The notes: generated by a model not told the origin, from the letters alone. Counted from the first letter of the whole stretch, positions 26,987 through 36,027 are shown. The stretch: 61,403 nucleotides of DNA, filler included, from Actinobacteria bacterium UBA7524 (GCA_002478275.1; 3 parts of 3 records of this genome joined end to end with filler, not necessarily neighbours in it); one strand, 5' to 3'. A program made the numbers and translations.

Positions 26987-27663
26987 CTAAGGGCGTACCG
27001 CGGTCAGCGAGAACGACAGCGGGATGTCACCGGAGCCGGGTGGCATCCGCCACAGCCCGTCACCATCCTGCTCCAGGAATTCGAGCGCCTTCCAGGCGAC
27101 GACGGGATACTCCGAGAACTGTCGAATCTTGAGTCCGCTGTTCAACAACGCGCCGATGATCTCGGAGAGCGGATGCTGCCACACGTAGGAGTCCGCCACG
27201 AAGTCGGCTGTTCGATCCGCGTAGCTGCCGTGCTCCTCGAAGTACAGCGGCTCGCGCGAGAAGTAGGGGTAGCGCACCCTGAGCTCGGGTTCTTCGACCG
27301 TATCGTCGAAGACCGTCAGGAATGGATGGACGTCGATGATGTGGAACACGCCACCCCGAACGAGCCTGGACGCGATCATCCGGGCCCATTCCTCGAGCTC
27401 GGGCAGCCACATGATCGTGCCGTGTGAGGTGAACACGATATCGAACCCCTCGGTCGGCACGGCGTCGGGAAGATCGGTGACGTCGGCCTGAACGAACTGC
27501 ACGGAGAGGTCGAGCTGTGTAGCAATCGACCGCGCCGCCTCCACCGCACGCGAAGAAGAGTCGACCCCCATCACCTCCGCGGCGCCTACGAGCGCGAAGG
27601 TCACCGTGTCGATACCGATGGACTGCACCAGAGCTTCAGGTTAGCGGCGACTTCTTCGCGCAT
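26987..27663 (-). pseudogene. Class I SAM-dependent methyltransferase with internal deletion/frameshift
   Basis: N-terminus MREEVAANLKLW is out of frame with QSIGIDT...GVDSS...FDIVFTSHGTIMWLP; motif I region is missing. Confidence 0.7.
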
Positions 27664-27683
27664 CGAGTTCTCCAGAGCTCGAC

Positions 27684-28091
27684 TCAGGCCACACCATGGT
27701 CATTGAGGAACGGACCGAATGCCTTGTCTCGAACGCTGATGTGATCCACTAACCACTCGCCGAGGAAATCCATCACCTCAAGCGAGAGCATGAGGCGGTC
27801 CTCCTCGAATCCCTGCTTGAAATCGGCCACTTTGGCGATGAACGCCTCGTGCTCGGATTTGTGGGAACCGGCTTCCGGATAACCGTACCTGTCGAAGTAT
27901 GTCTCTTCGGTCGAGAAGTGGATCTTCGTGTAGTCGACGAGTTCGTCGATCGTCTCGCCGAGCATGACCTTGCCACGCCCTTCCGACATTGCGGTGTGCA
28001 GCCTGTTCACGAGATCGACCAGTCCCCGATGCTGCGCGTCAACAGTGCTGACTCCGACCGCCAGGCTCTCGTTCCAAGTAAGGAATTCCAT
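27684..28091 (-). CDS. Bacteriohemerythrin
   Basis: WNESLAVG, DAQH, HFSTEE, HKSEH, WLVDHISVRD. Confidence 0.93.
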   Translation of the reverse strand: MEFLTWNESLAVGVSTVDAQHRGLVDLVNRLHTAMSEGRGKVMLGETIDELVDYTKIHFSTEETYFDRYGYPEAGSHKSEHEAFIAKVADFKQGFEEDRLMLSLEVMDFLGEWLVDHISVRDKAFGPFLNDHGVA

Positions 28092-28272
28092 TCCGCCTCC
28101 TCACACACGGGACCGTGCACAGAACACCGAGACTACACGATAGCATCGCCACGTTTCCGGCGTGTTTCCCGGCACCAGATGTCATTGGCCTCAGGCAAGG
28201 CCGGCTGTTCCGCGCGGCGTTGTCGTGCTGACCGCGATGCCTATACTGGACCAAGAACCGGGGAGGTCCCCT

Positions 28273-28719
28273 TTGGACGACGACAGCGCGCACGTGCCAG
28301 TCACCCTCGAGCACTATGCCCACGTGGAAGGCCCCTTCTACCACGGGACGAAGGCCAGCCTGCAACCTGGCGAACCGCTCGTCCCGGGCTACGGCTCCAA
28401 CTTCGAGGACGGTCGAGTATCGAGGCACATCTACTTCAGCGCCACGATGGATGCCGCGATCTGGGGAGCTGAGCTAGCCAAAGGCGAAGGGACGGGCCGA
28501 ATCTACATCGTCGAGCCCACAGGCCCTTTTGAAGATGATCCCAACCTGACCGACAAGCGCTTCCCCGGCAACCCCACCAGATCCTACAGGACCCAGGAAC
28601 CGCTCAAGATCATGGACGAAGTCAGGGACTGGGAAGGACATCCTCCTGACGTGCTCAAGGCGATGCTGGATCATCTCGCGGAGTTGGAGCGAAAGGGACT
28701 TGCGACCATCGACGACTGA
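28273..28719 (+). CDS. arr: Rifampin ADP-ribosyltransferase Arr
   Basis: FYHGTKA, HIYFSAT, WGAELA, EPTGPFEDDPNLTDKRFPGNPTRSYR; GGGAGG RBS before TTG. Confidence 0.92.
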   Translation: MDDDSAHVPVTLEHYAHVEGPFYHGTKASLQPGEPLVPGYGSNFEDGRVSRHIYFSATMDAAIWGAELAKGEGTGRIYIVEPTGPFEDDPNLTDKRFPGNPTRSYRTQEPLKIMDEVRDWEGHPPDVLKAMLDHLAELERKGLATIDD

Positions 28720-28749
28720 ACGACTGTCGGCTCGACGCATGAGTCGAGC

Positions 28750-29484
28750 TCAAGTCACCCGCCCAGACTGCTCTCGAAGGATCCTTCGATACATGCCGGA
28801 GAGCATGATCGCCAGCGCAAGCAGCAGAGGTCCCCAGGCTACGAAGCCCACCATCGACAGAAGGGTGGAGGTGACGTAGCCGATTCCGCTCGCCAGCGAG
28901 AGCACGCCGAACGCGACAAACGTCCAGCGCAGCGAACGCATGAGGCCGTCGCCTACGAAGAGCGGCGCGACCGCCAGGGCCGCGATTGCGAGGAAGAAGC
29001 CCCATCCCAGCATCTCAAGGGCGAACATCACCGAGGTTGTGGAGTACGGAAGGAATCTGGCCAGGTCGGAGGTAGCCGGTCCGTCCGGCGCTTGACGGAT
29101 CACGGTCAGTTGCACGAAACGGTTGATGCTGACAACGGCAGCGAACAACAGCGCGAAGCACAATCCGACCGTACCGAGGAAGCCGTCTCTGCCGGGGACT
29201 TCCCGGATAGCCGCGAACAGGACCACCAGCACGCTGGCGGTGAGGAACGTGACAACGCCCGCAACAAGCTGAACGCCGGCAGAGGGTGGAAAGGCGAGGC
29301 CTTCGAACGCGAAGTACAACGCAAGCGTCAGCAGATAGACGGCCCCCAATAGCGAAAGGGCCACCGAGCAGAAGAACCCGACCTGCACCGAGCGACGATC
29401 ATCCAATCGAGCCTGCCCTTCGCGGGGTACTTCAACCAAGCAGGACAGATGGGCTGCGGTACGCCGTTCCCCGCACTGCTTCAC
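28750..29484 (-). CDS. Hypothetical multi-pass membrane protein (start uncertain)
   Basis: About six hydrophobic helices. Confidence 0.6.
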   Translation of the reverse strand: MKQCGERRTAAHLSCLVEVPREGQARLDDRRSVQVGFFCSVALSLLGAVYLLTLALYFAFEGLAFPPSAGVQLVAGVVTFLTASVLVVLFAAIREVPGRDGFLGTVGLCFALLFAAVVSINRFVQLTVIRQAPDGPATSDLARFLPYSTTSVMFALEMLGWGFFLAIAALAVAPLFVGDGLMRSLRWTFVAFGVLSLASGIGYVTSTLLSMVGFVAWGPLLLALAIMLSGMYRRILREQSGRVT

Positions 29485-29529
29485 CCGTTCCCGACTCGCC
29501 GCACCCCTCGATGACTGCTCGATCAGAGT

Positions 29530-29901
29530 TCAGGTAACGGCATGCCGATGACGGACACCTCGTGTCAGCCTGGACAGGAGATTCACCACGCCCATGATCC
29601 AGCCAACAGGATACGGCAAGATCAGGACACCCAGCCACATGGATTGTCCGCTCGTGCCTCCGATGCCACCTAAGGCGCTCAGGGCGAACATGGCCGCAAC
29701 CCCCAGGACGATCAGGCCGAAGGCCGCCGACCAGTAGAGCAGCACCTGACGCGGCTCCTGGCCGAGGAACATGCCGAGCAGCACCAAGGCACTGCCGACA
29801 AGCACGAGCACGGATCCTTCGAGCGGATCGATCGCGCCGATGAACATCCCTATACCGCCAACGACGACGAGCGAGCGAGACCACCGACTTCGTGTGCTCA
29901 T
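29530..29901 (-). CDS. Hypothetical membrane protein
   Basis: Four hydrophobic segments, GAIDPLEGS and PYPVGW motifs. Confidence 0.7.
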   Translation of the reverse strand: MSTRSRWSRSLVVVGGIGMFIGAIDPLEGSVLVLVGSALVLLGMFLGQEPRQVLLYWSAAFGLIVLGVAAMFALSALGGIGGTSGQSMWLGVLILPYPVGWIMGVVNLLSRLTRGVRHRHAVT

Positions 29902-29996
29902 GTCGCCACCCCCTTTACGGTTGGCGTCTACAAGATGTATCTACCCGCACGATGTGTGGGACTGACGTGTGCTGGTCGGCCGGGCGATTGAGCGTC

Positions 29997-30530
29997 TCAG
30001 TCAAGCGAGAAGGAGAGAAGGCTGGGGTTGAACCGCTCACCGTCCCATCTCACGGTCGCCGTGGCATTGTAGCCGGTGTCCGCAGTGACAGTTATCCGGT
30101 ACTCCCCCTCAGCGTCCTCGGGGTCGTAGTATTCCGGCTGAGTGAGCTGCTTATTGAAGTTCGTCGCACCGAACGGGTAATCGTCGTACATCCCATCGGC
30201 ACTTCCGAGAGAACCCGCATGCGCGATGAACTCGACCTCGTCGTACCAACCGGTGCGCTCGTTGTCGATGCGCACCTGGCACTGCGCGGCCCCACTCTTC
30301 CCGTAGTTGACGCGTACTGAGAGTATCTCGCCGGACGCGAGTGCCTGATCCGGCTCGGCCTGGTACTCCTTCGGCGGATCCTTCTTGATAGCGTCCTCAC
30401 CCTCATACTCGTAGAAGTTCGAATCCGATGACTCGACGAACAAGTCGAGGAGCGCACAGCCCATGAGCAACATCGATGCGGCTAGGATGCTGACGACGAT
30501 GACCACGCGGTGCCTGCGTGCTCCTGGCAT
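29997..30530 (-). CDS. Hypothetical lipoprotein
   Basis: GGGAG RBS, lipobox LLMGC. Confidence 0.65.
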   Translation of the reverse strand: MPGARRHRVVIVVSILAASMLLMGCALLDLFVESSDSNFYEYEGEDAIKKDPPKEYQAEPDQALASGEILSVRVNYGKSGAAQCQVRIDNERTGWYDEVEFIAHAGSLGSADGMYDDYPFGATNFNKQLTQPEYYDPEDAEGEYRITVTADTGYNATATVRWDGERFNPSLLSFSLD

Positions 30531-30720
30531 GATGTACTCCCTGTCAGCCTCGACTTCGACGCTACCACGATGAGGTGCCCATAGCGTGCCGGAATGCCTC
30601 GTCGAGCATACTTCACCTGGGCGAGTCGTCGTAGACTAGTGGCGGACGACTTCAGTCAGGATCAACTCCAATCCGATAATCAGATCACATGATGATGAGC
30701 CCCGGGCAAGCTGCGCATAT

Positions 30721-30859
30721 GTCGAACCGCTTGTTCGGCGTCACGGTCCGGGAATCTCGAGGTCCCGACATATCTTCGCTGCAAGACATTCACTGATCTC
30801 GCGGTGACGAGGGACGGTAGACGCCTTTCCGGCCTCGCGGCTCGATGCGCTTGTTGGGC
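30721..30859 (-). other. Degenerate attC half-sites
   Basis: GCCCAAC-AAGCGC-ATCGAGCC (30859-30839) and GCCGAAC-AAGCGG-TTCGAC (30739-30721); no intact R' box. Confidence 0.55.
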
Positions 30860-30871
30860 AGATTGCGGCAC

Positions 30872-31621
30872 CTAGAACACGGCCAGGGCAAACGCGCCCA
30901 GCGCCAACCCGGACACAAGCGAGATGACACCCACGGCGACATCGAGCGGCCGTTTGCCTTCACCGTAGCTCTGCGTGACCGGCTTGAAGCGGACCCAGAA
31001 GGCGCCGAAGAGCACGAGGTAGGCCGCCACACACAGATAGATCCACTTCGCGTTCAGACTCCCCGGTGTGGCAGCGACCCTGACCGCACCGGCGGCTGCG
31101 GCGCCGACGAACAGCCCGAGCACCCGGTAGAACCACGGAGCGTCGAAGTCGAGAGGCTCCCTGACCTCCGAGAAGGGGACGTCTGCCATTGAGCGCAGAC
31201 TACCGACGAACCCCTCAGGATCCTGGAGCGCGTTCACATAGAGGATCCCGCCGCTGCGCATGCCCACGGCAACGGCCCGGATGCCGCCAGAGACGGTGCG
31301 TTTGACGCTGACACGCCCGATGTCCCCAACAGGGTGTTCATCCCTTTGCGCATCGCACGTGCGAACGAGGCTCAGCTCAGTGAGGGTCCACACGGTATGT
31401 GCGTAGCGGGCGAACGAGCGCGCGAGTAGGGCCCGGGAGATGAGCAGGAGGCAGAACAGTACGGACAGCAAGAGAACGGCGACGAGTGAGCCGCGTGCGA
31501 GAAGGTCCGCACAAGAAAGTGCGGCTCCGAGCGCAATGAACGTGACAAGACGCGTGTACGCCTCGAGCCGCCTCGACATCTCGGTCGTCGAGAGGCCGAA
31601 CTCCGCGCCGCCCTCTCTCAA
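30872..31621 (-). CDS. Cassette-encoded membrane protein
   Basis: AAGGAG RBS before TTG; five TM segments; lies between attC sites. Confidence 0.6.
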   Translation of the reverse strand: MREGGAEFGLSTTEMSRRLEAYTRLVTFIALGAALSCADLLARGSLVAVLLLSVLFCLLLISRALLARSFARYAHTVWTLTELSLVRTCDAQRDEHPVGDIGRVSVKRTVSGGIRAVAVGMRSGGILYVNALQDPEGFVGSLRSMADVPFSEVREPLDFDAPWFYRVLGLFVGAAAAGAVRVAATPGSLNAKWIYLCVAAYLVLFGAFWVRFKPVTQSYGEGKRPLDVAVGVISLVSGLALGAFALAVF

Positions 31622-31680
31622 GCGATGCTCCTTCAACTGCGGTGAAGTACGTGGCTGCCCGGCACCAGCCGCACGATTCT

Positions 31681-31781
31681 GCCCAACGTCTCGGCGCTTC
31701 AGCTGACGCGCCCCCCTGTCGCCTTGCCATCCGAGCATACATCACATGGCGGCGCTTTTCTGCTGGAAGTGCCTATCAGGC
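31681..31781 (-). other. attC site with degenerate R''
   Basis: GCCTGAT..TTCCAGCA...AGCTGAA..GTTGGGC. Confidence 0.65.
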
Positions 31782-31791
31782 CGCTGTCGCT

Positions 31792-32082
31792 CTATCCCAG
31801 CGTGGTGATTGCATATATGAACAGAGCTAGGCCCGCTGCTGCTACAGCCAATCCGGCGATGCCCAAAGCCCTCCCGCGACCCTTGAGCGCCTGCAGCCCG
31901 AGTATCATTGCCAGCAACAAACCGATTGGAAACATCGCCATCAACGGGATACGCACCCACCCCGGCGGGTCGATCCACACGGAGGACGCATAGATCATGA
32001 GTGAGCCGATTGCCGAGAACACGCCGGCAATCAATGCAGCAGCTCCGGGGATCTTCGAGCGTCGTGCTCCAGAGTCCACCAT
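31792..32082 (-). CDS. Cassette-encoded small membrane protein
   Basis: Three TM segments; lies between attC sites. Confidence 0.6.
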   Translation of the reverse strand: MVDSGARRSKIPGAAALIAGVFSAIGSLMIYASSVWIDPPGWVRIPLMAMFPIGLLLAMILGLQALKGRGRALGIAGLAVAAAGLALFIYAITTLG

Positions 32083-32106
32083 GCTTGCCCCCACTCGCTT
32101 GGTTCT

Positions 32107-32201
32107 GCCCATCGTCTTAGGGCGTAACCTGCGGCGCCTACTCCCGATTCCGACCCGAGGATACCTCACACGGCGTTGTCAGGTTGACGCCCTGGTTGGG
32201 C
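32107..32201 (-). other. attC site with mutated R' (GAT instead of GTT)
   Basis: GCCCAAC-CAGGGC-GTCAACCT...AGGTTAC-GCCCTAAGAC-GATGGGC. Confidence 0.8.
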
Positions 32202-32228
32202 AGTGGGCCGCCCGCAGCAGCGAAGAGC

Positions 32229-32768
32229 CTACGGCAGAGCCGTTTCATAGATGCCCAGCTCCTCAAAGTCCCACGAGAACTCGAATCCTGTCTGTCCGCT
32301 TTCGACATCGAAGTACTGAACCGTTTCCAGCACTCCGCCGGGACCGAGACCGCCTCCAGATACGCCGAACTTTCCGCTTGGAGCGTTACTCGCAGCAAGC
32401 TCGCCGCCCACCGGCACTAGATACTCGCCTGCCGCCGTCGTGACCGTCGGAAAGTTGTGTTCGACTCTTATCGGCAATGTGGTCTCGCTGGAGTTCGTGG
32501 CTTTGGCAATCACGGTCAAGCGTATCTTGCCTGAGACAGGTTGCACGTACTCGACTCTGGAGCCTTGCCCATCGGATATGTCCGGGCCCGGCCCCGAGCT
32601 GGTTTCTACGGTCACCTCAAGGTCGCCGAGATCAGCCACAGAATCGAAAACCGGGGCACTTTCTTGTGTGGAAGGCGCATTCGACACCGGGGTCTCAGAG
32701 CAACCGACCGCCACAATACCGAGCACGAGCACAGAGATACATACGATGCATCGGTTACGTACGTCCAC
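32229..32768 (-). CDS. Cassette-encoded lipoprotein (DUF4352-like fold suspected)
   Basis: Lipobox AVGC; ATNSS and LGPGG...YFDV pattern. Confidence 0.6.
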   Translation of the reverse strand: MDVRNRCIVCISVLVLGIVAVGCSETPVSNAPSTQESAPVFDSVADLGDLEVTVETSSGPGPDISDGQGSRVEYVQPVSGKIRLTVIAKATNSSETTLPIRVEHNFPTVTTAAGEYLVPVGGELAASNAPSGKFGVSGGGLGPGGVLETVQYFDVESGQTGFEFSWDFEELGIYETALP

Positions 32769-32785
32769 AAGCCCCCCATTCATCT

Positions 32786-32872
32786 GCCCAACGTGGTTGC
32801 GCATAAGCTGCGCGCCGTGCGCTTTCAGGATACGACAACCTCGTGCGCGTCAGCTTGATGCGCTGGTTAGAC
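32786..32872 (-). other. attC site, intact
   Basis: GTCTAAC-CAGCGC-ATCAAGCT...AGCTTAT-GCGCAACCAC-GTTGGGC. Confidence 0.9.
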
Positions 32873-33436
32873 CGCGGCGGCGCCCAATCCACTCCTGTTC
32901 AGGAGACTCTTCAATCGCGAGCGGTACCGCTTCAGGGTCTCGTAGTCGAGCACCACCCGATCGCCTTGCGAGGGCGCCGGCGACATCCCAGCGGCCTTCA
33001 ACTTTGTAACCGCGCGCTTTGAGTATTCTCGCTCACCGTGCGCGATCAGATTGCGGACTACTCCGAGCTCCACGATGCCCACGCGTTCGTCGTCGTTTCG
33101 CCATCCGGCGCCGGCAGCTGAAAGAAGTTGCTCCGCCCAGTCCTCGATTCCGTTGCAACCGACCAGATCCTCCCGACCAAGGAAATCGGCGGCCGCCGCT
33201 TCCGCCAGCGCAAAGTAGTGAAGAAATGCGGACGAGTAGAGGGGCCGCGTGTTCCTGAGGGCGGAGATGTGCTGTTCGAGCGAGACTCGGTAGAGGGTGC
33301 CTTGCGTCTCGAACTCAAGGTTAGCGGCGGTGGGGTTCAGCTGAAGCAACTCTTCCCATCGCATGGCTGCTGGCAGCAACGTCATCCTGCTGCTCTCGAG
33401 AAAGCGAGTGATGCTCGCCCATTCATCCCAGATCAA
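32867..33436 (-). CDS. Cassette protein with RxxxxH (HEPN-like) motif
   Basis: Helical 189-aa ORF with RNLIAH; its TAA stop lies inside the attC R'' box. Confidence 0.6.
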   Translation of the reverse strand: MIWDEWASITRFLESSRMTLLPAAMRWEELLQLNPTAANLEFETQGTLYRVSLEQHISALRNTRPLYSSAFLHYFALAEAAAADFLGREDLVGCNGIEDWAEQLLSAAGAGWRNDDERVGIVELGVVRNLIAHGEREYSKRAVTKLKAAGMSPAPSQGDRVVLDYETLKRYRSRLKSLLNRSGLGAAAV

Positions 33437-33451
33437 GCCGACCCCCAGTCG

Positions 33452-33539
33452 GTCTAACGTTTTGGCGCTTCAGCTGCGCGCCGATACCTGACAGTGTAGC
33501 CGAGCGCTCCGGCGCGTCAGCTGGAAGCGCTTGTTAGCC
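33452..33539 (-). other. attC site, intact
   Basis: GGCTAAC-AAGCGC-TTCCAGCT...AGCTGAA-GCGCCAAAAC-GTTAGAC. Confidence 0.9.
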
Positions 33540-33833
33540 ACGCGACCGACGCCGATGATGCTCCGGATCACGAACCGCATGTAGGCAGGCGACCACGATG
33601 ATCCCGGCGTCATCGACGCGGTAGTACAGACAGTATGGAAAGCGCGGCAGCAAGAAGCGGCGAGATCTACGGTAGACAACGGGATGTGCGGCAGGGAAAC
33701 CGAGAATGGAGTCCACCGCCGAATCCATGGCATCAATGAACTCGTCGCCGAGACCCGGTCGCTGGAGTTCATACCAGTCGCGCGCCTCCGCCACGTCTGC
33801 GACTGCCGATGTAAGGAACCAGGCGCTGCGCAC
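33534..33833 (-). CDS. RelE/ParE-family toxin
   Basis: EARDWYELQRPGLGDEF, RFPYCLYY, VVACLHAVRDP; stop lies in the R'' box. Confidence 0.88.
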   Translation of the reverse strand: MRSAWFLTSAVADVAEARDWYELQRPGLGDEFIDAMDSAVDSILGFPAAHPVVYRRSRRFLLPRFPYCLYYRVDDAGIIVVACLHAVRDPEHHRRRSRG

Positions 33834-33838
33834 GCCGA

Positions 33839-34051
33839 TCAGCCGCGAAGCCGCCGCTTGGCGTCGTCCCAGGAGATGACTGCGGCGTCGCCGCTGTCGA
33901 GCTCGTCGAGCCTCCGGTCAAGCACCTTCTGCTGCGCCGGAGTGATATGCAACGCCTCGGGCTTGGTGCGGAGGCTGTCCCACAGGTCTCCAATCAAGGC
34001 GAGACGCTCCTCAGGCGCGAGCTTGTTGATGTCGATCGCTGGTGTACTCAT
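33839..34051 (-). CDS. Addiction module antitoxin (TIGR02574-like)
   Basis: LAPEERLALIGDLWDSL, LDRRL, ISWDDAKRRL. Confidence 0.88.
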   Translation of the reverse strand: MSTPAIDINKLAPEERLALIGDLWDSLRTKPEALHITPAQQKVLDRRLDELDSGDAAVISWDDAKRRLRG

Positions 34052-34103
34052 GATTCGATGATACGCCCCCAGCCTTACCAGAACCAAACCGGATTCTTGC
34101 TGT

Positions 34104-34164
34104 GGCTAACGTCTCTTGAGATGAGCCGCGAACGAAGTGAGTCGGCTCGATCTCGGGGTTAGGC
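34104..34164 (-). other. attC site, intact short type (61 bp)
   Basis: GCCTAAC-CCCGAG-ATCGAGCC...GGCTCAT-CTCAAGAGAC-GTTAGCC. Confidence 0.9.
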
Positions 34165-34186
34165 ACCGCGAATTCAGATACTAACT

Positions 34187-34286
34187 NNNNNNNNNNNNNN
34201 NNNNNNNNNNNNNNNNNNNNNNNNNNNNNNTTAATTAATTAANNNNNNNNNNNNNNNNNNNNNNNNNNNNNNNNNNNNNNNNNNNN
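34187..34286. other. Artificial contig linker
   Basis: 100-bp N run containing TTAATTAATTAA. Confidence 0.97.
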
Positions 34287-35008
34287 CGGCGTACCCGCCG
34301 AAGGCCTCACCCGCGTGCTGGTCGTAGCGGCCAGCCCCAACGACGAGGGCGCCGTGGTAGGACAGATCGTGATGGTGGTGGATGTCACCGAGGAGCCCGC
34401 CGCTCTCGAGCCGATCAGCCCCGCACTTGCCGTGTCCATCCCCGGCACCACGTACGCCACGCTCGGTGACGCCTATCCGTTCGGCGGGGGAGCCGGCGTG
34501 GCAGAGGCGCTCGCTCGCGCTCGCGATGAGGTGCCGTACCCGTACGTAGCGCTCTCCGCAGACGAGCTCGCCGGGGCCNNNNNNNNNNNNNNNNNNNNNN
34601 NNNNNNNNNNNNNNNNNNNNNNNNNNNNNNNNNNNNNNNNNNNNNNNNNNNNNNNNNNNNNNNNNNNNNNNNNNNNNNNNNNNNNNNNNNNNNNNNNNNN
34701 NNNNNNNNNNNNNNNNNGCCGTGACGGCCGCGGGAGGCATGAACGTCACGCTGCCCGCCGACATGAGCGTGTTCGACGGCAGCGATCTCTTCACGTTCGA
34801 GCGCGGCGAGCAGATGCTGAGCGCCGCCGAGCTGCATGCGGTGCTCAAGGGAGCGCCCTACCTTGCCGATGGAGAACGGGAGAGGCTCGACGCGTCGCTC
34901 GCCGAGGGGCTGGCGGCCGTCCTGGCAGCCGAGCCGGAGTCGCTGACGGGGGCCACACGCACGAACCTCGCAGCGGATGCACTGGCCCGTATAGCGGGGT
35001 CGCTCTAG
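34287..35008 (+). CDS. LCP (LytR-CpsA-Psr)-like protein, partial and gapped
   Basis: VSIPG..TLGDAYPFGG and AAGGMNVTLP..FERGEQML patterns; upstream of a polysaccharide locus. Confidence 0.5.
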
Positions 35009-35156
35009 CGGGAGAATCGAATAGCGGGTTTGCAGGATAGTGTGACGGGATGTAACGTAACTCATAGCGGCCTCAGCCCGTTATCCAGATTATGGAGTGT
35101 TTGATCGTCGTGGCGCGCCCGCAAGGGCGCACCGTGTTGTCCGAGGGAGTGATCTG

Positions 35157-35918
35157 ATGGGGGACGAGTTGCTGGCCACAGATGAGGTCAAGAAGCGTCG
35201 GACGGGCCTTGTTGTAGCGCTGATCGCCCTCCTCCTCGTTGCCGGAGGCACGGGCTTCATGTACGTGACGGGCTTCGGGCCGTTCGCGACGGACGAGCCC
35301 GAAGTGGTGGCGCCCAAGCCCACCGACACGGACGATGCCGAGAAGGCCGACGAGGCCGACGAGGAGACCACCACGCCGGTGGCCAATCCCACCACGGTGC
35401 CGCTTCCTCCCGCTGCCGCCCAGGAGGCGATGTACTGGGAGCAGGTGGCGAGCGCGAGCACCATCGGTGAGCTCGTGAACAACGAGTTCGCCGCGTTCTC
35501 GCTCAGCCAGGTCACCGAGTCGGCCGACCTCGCGAACATCCGCGTGAAGGGCACCTACCGCAGCGGCGAAGAGCTGAACGGGTGGCTGGTGCTCAAGTCG
35601 TACGAGGGCGCGTGGTACTTCTACTCGATCACCGCCGACGGTCACACGGGCACCACGCCCGACCTGGGCGACCCCGATCCGGACGTGCTCAAGGCGATCG
35701 TGGATCAGCAGGCAACCAACCAGGACGTGTACGCATCGATCCTCGACGGCACCTACAACGCGTTCACGGTAGATAAGATCGTGGTAGGCTCCGGCGCCAA
35801 GACGCTCGAGATCACACTCTCGGGTCCTGGCAAGACCGGCGACAAGGGCAAGATCACCACGATCACGAGCGACAGCGGTTCGGGCTCGCAGTGGTTCATC
35901 ACCTCGTTCTCGCAGTAG
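35157..35918 (+). CDS. Membrane-anchored hypothetical protein
   Basis: KKRR plus TM helix, Pro/Thr/acidic linker, strong codon bias. Confidence 0.75.
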   Translation: MGDELLATDEVKKRRTGLVVALIALLLVAGGTGFMYVTGFGPFATDEPEVVAPKPTDTDDAEKADEADEETTTPVANPTTVPLPPAAAQEAMYWEQVASASTIGELVNNEFAAFSLSQVTESADLANIRVKGTYRSGEELNGWLVLKSYEGAWYFYSITADGHTGTTPDLGDPDPDVLKAIVDQQATNQDVYASILDGTYNAFTVDKIVVGSGAKTLEITLSGPGKTGDKGKITTITSDSGSGSQWFITSFSQ

Positions 35919-36027
35919 CCCTCCACTCTGTGGGGCCACTCGCACGATCGGCCGCGCACCTCTCCTCGGTGTGCGGCCGAACACTGTAAGATGATGCAAG
36001 CCAGGGCAGCGAGGTAAAGGGGACCGC

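Larger units (their letters stand above)
30721..34186 (-). mobile_element. Integron gene-cassette array (no intI in window)
   Basis: Co-oriented small ORFs separated by attC sites; the R' box opening a cassette is complementary to the R'' box closing it. Confidence 0.88.

Noticed and set aside
28715..28760. Hairpin after arr as an attC site
   Set aside because: GCTCGAC/GTCGAGC stem lacks RYYYAAC and GTTRRRY boxes; more likely a terminator between convergent genes
1..34186. Integrase or transposase gene for the island or the integron
   Set aside because: No ORF with tyrosine-recombinase or DDE motifs was recognised in the window
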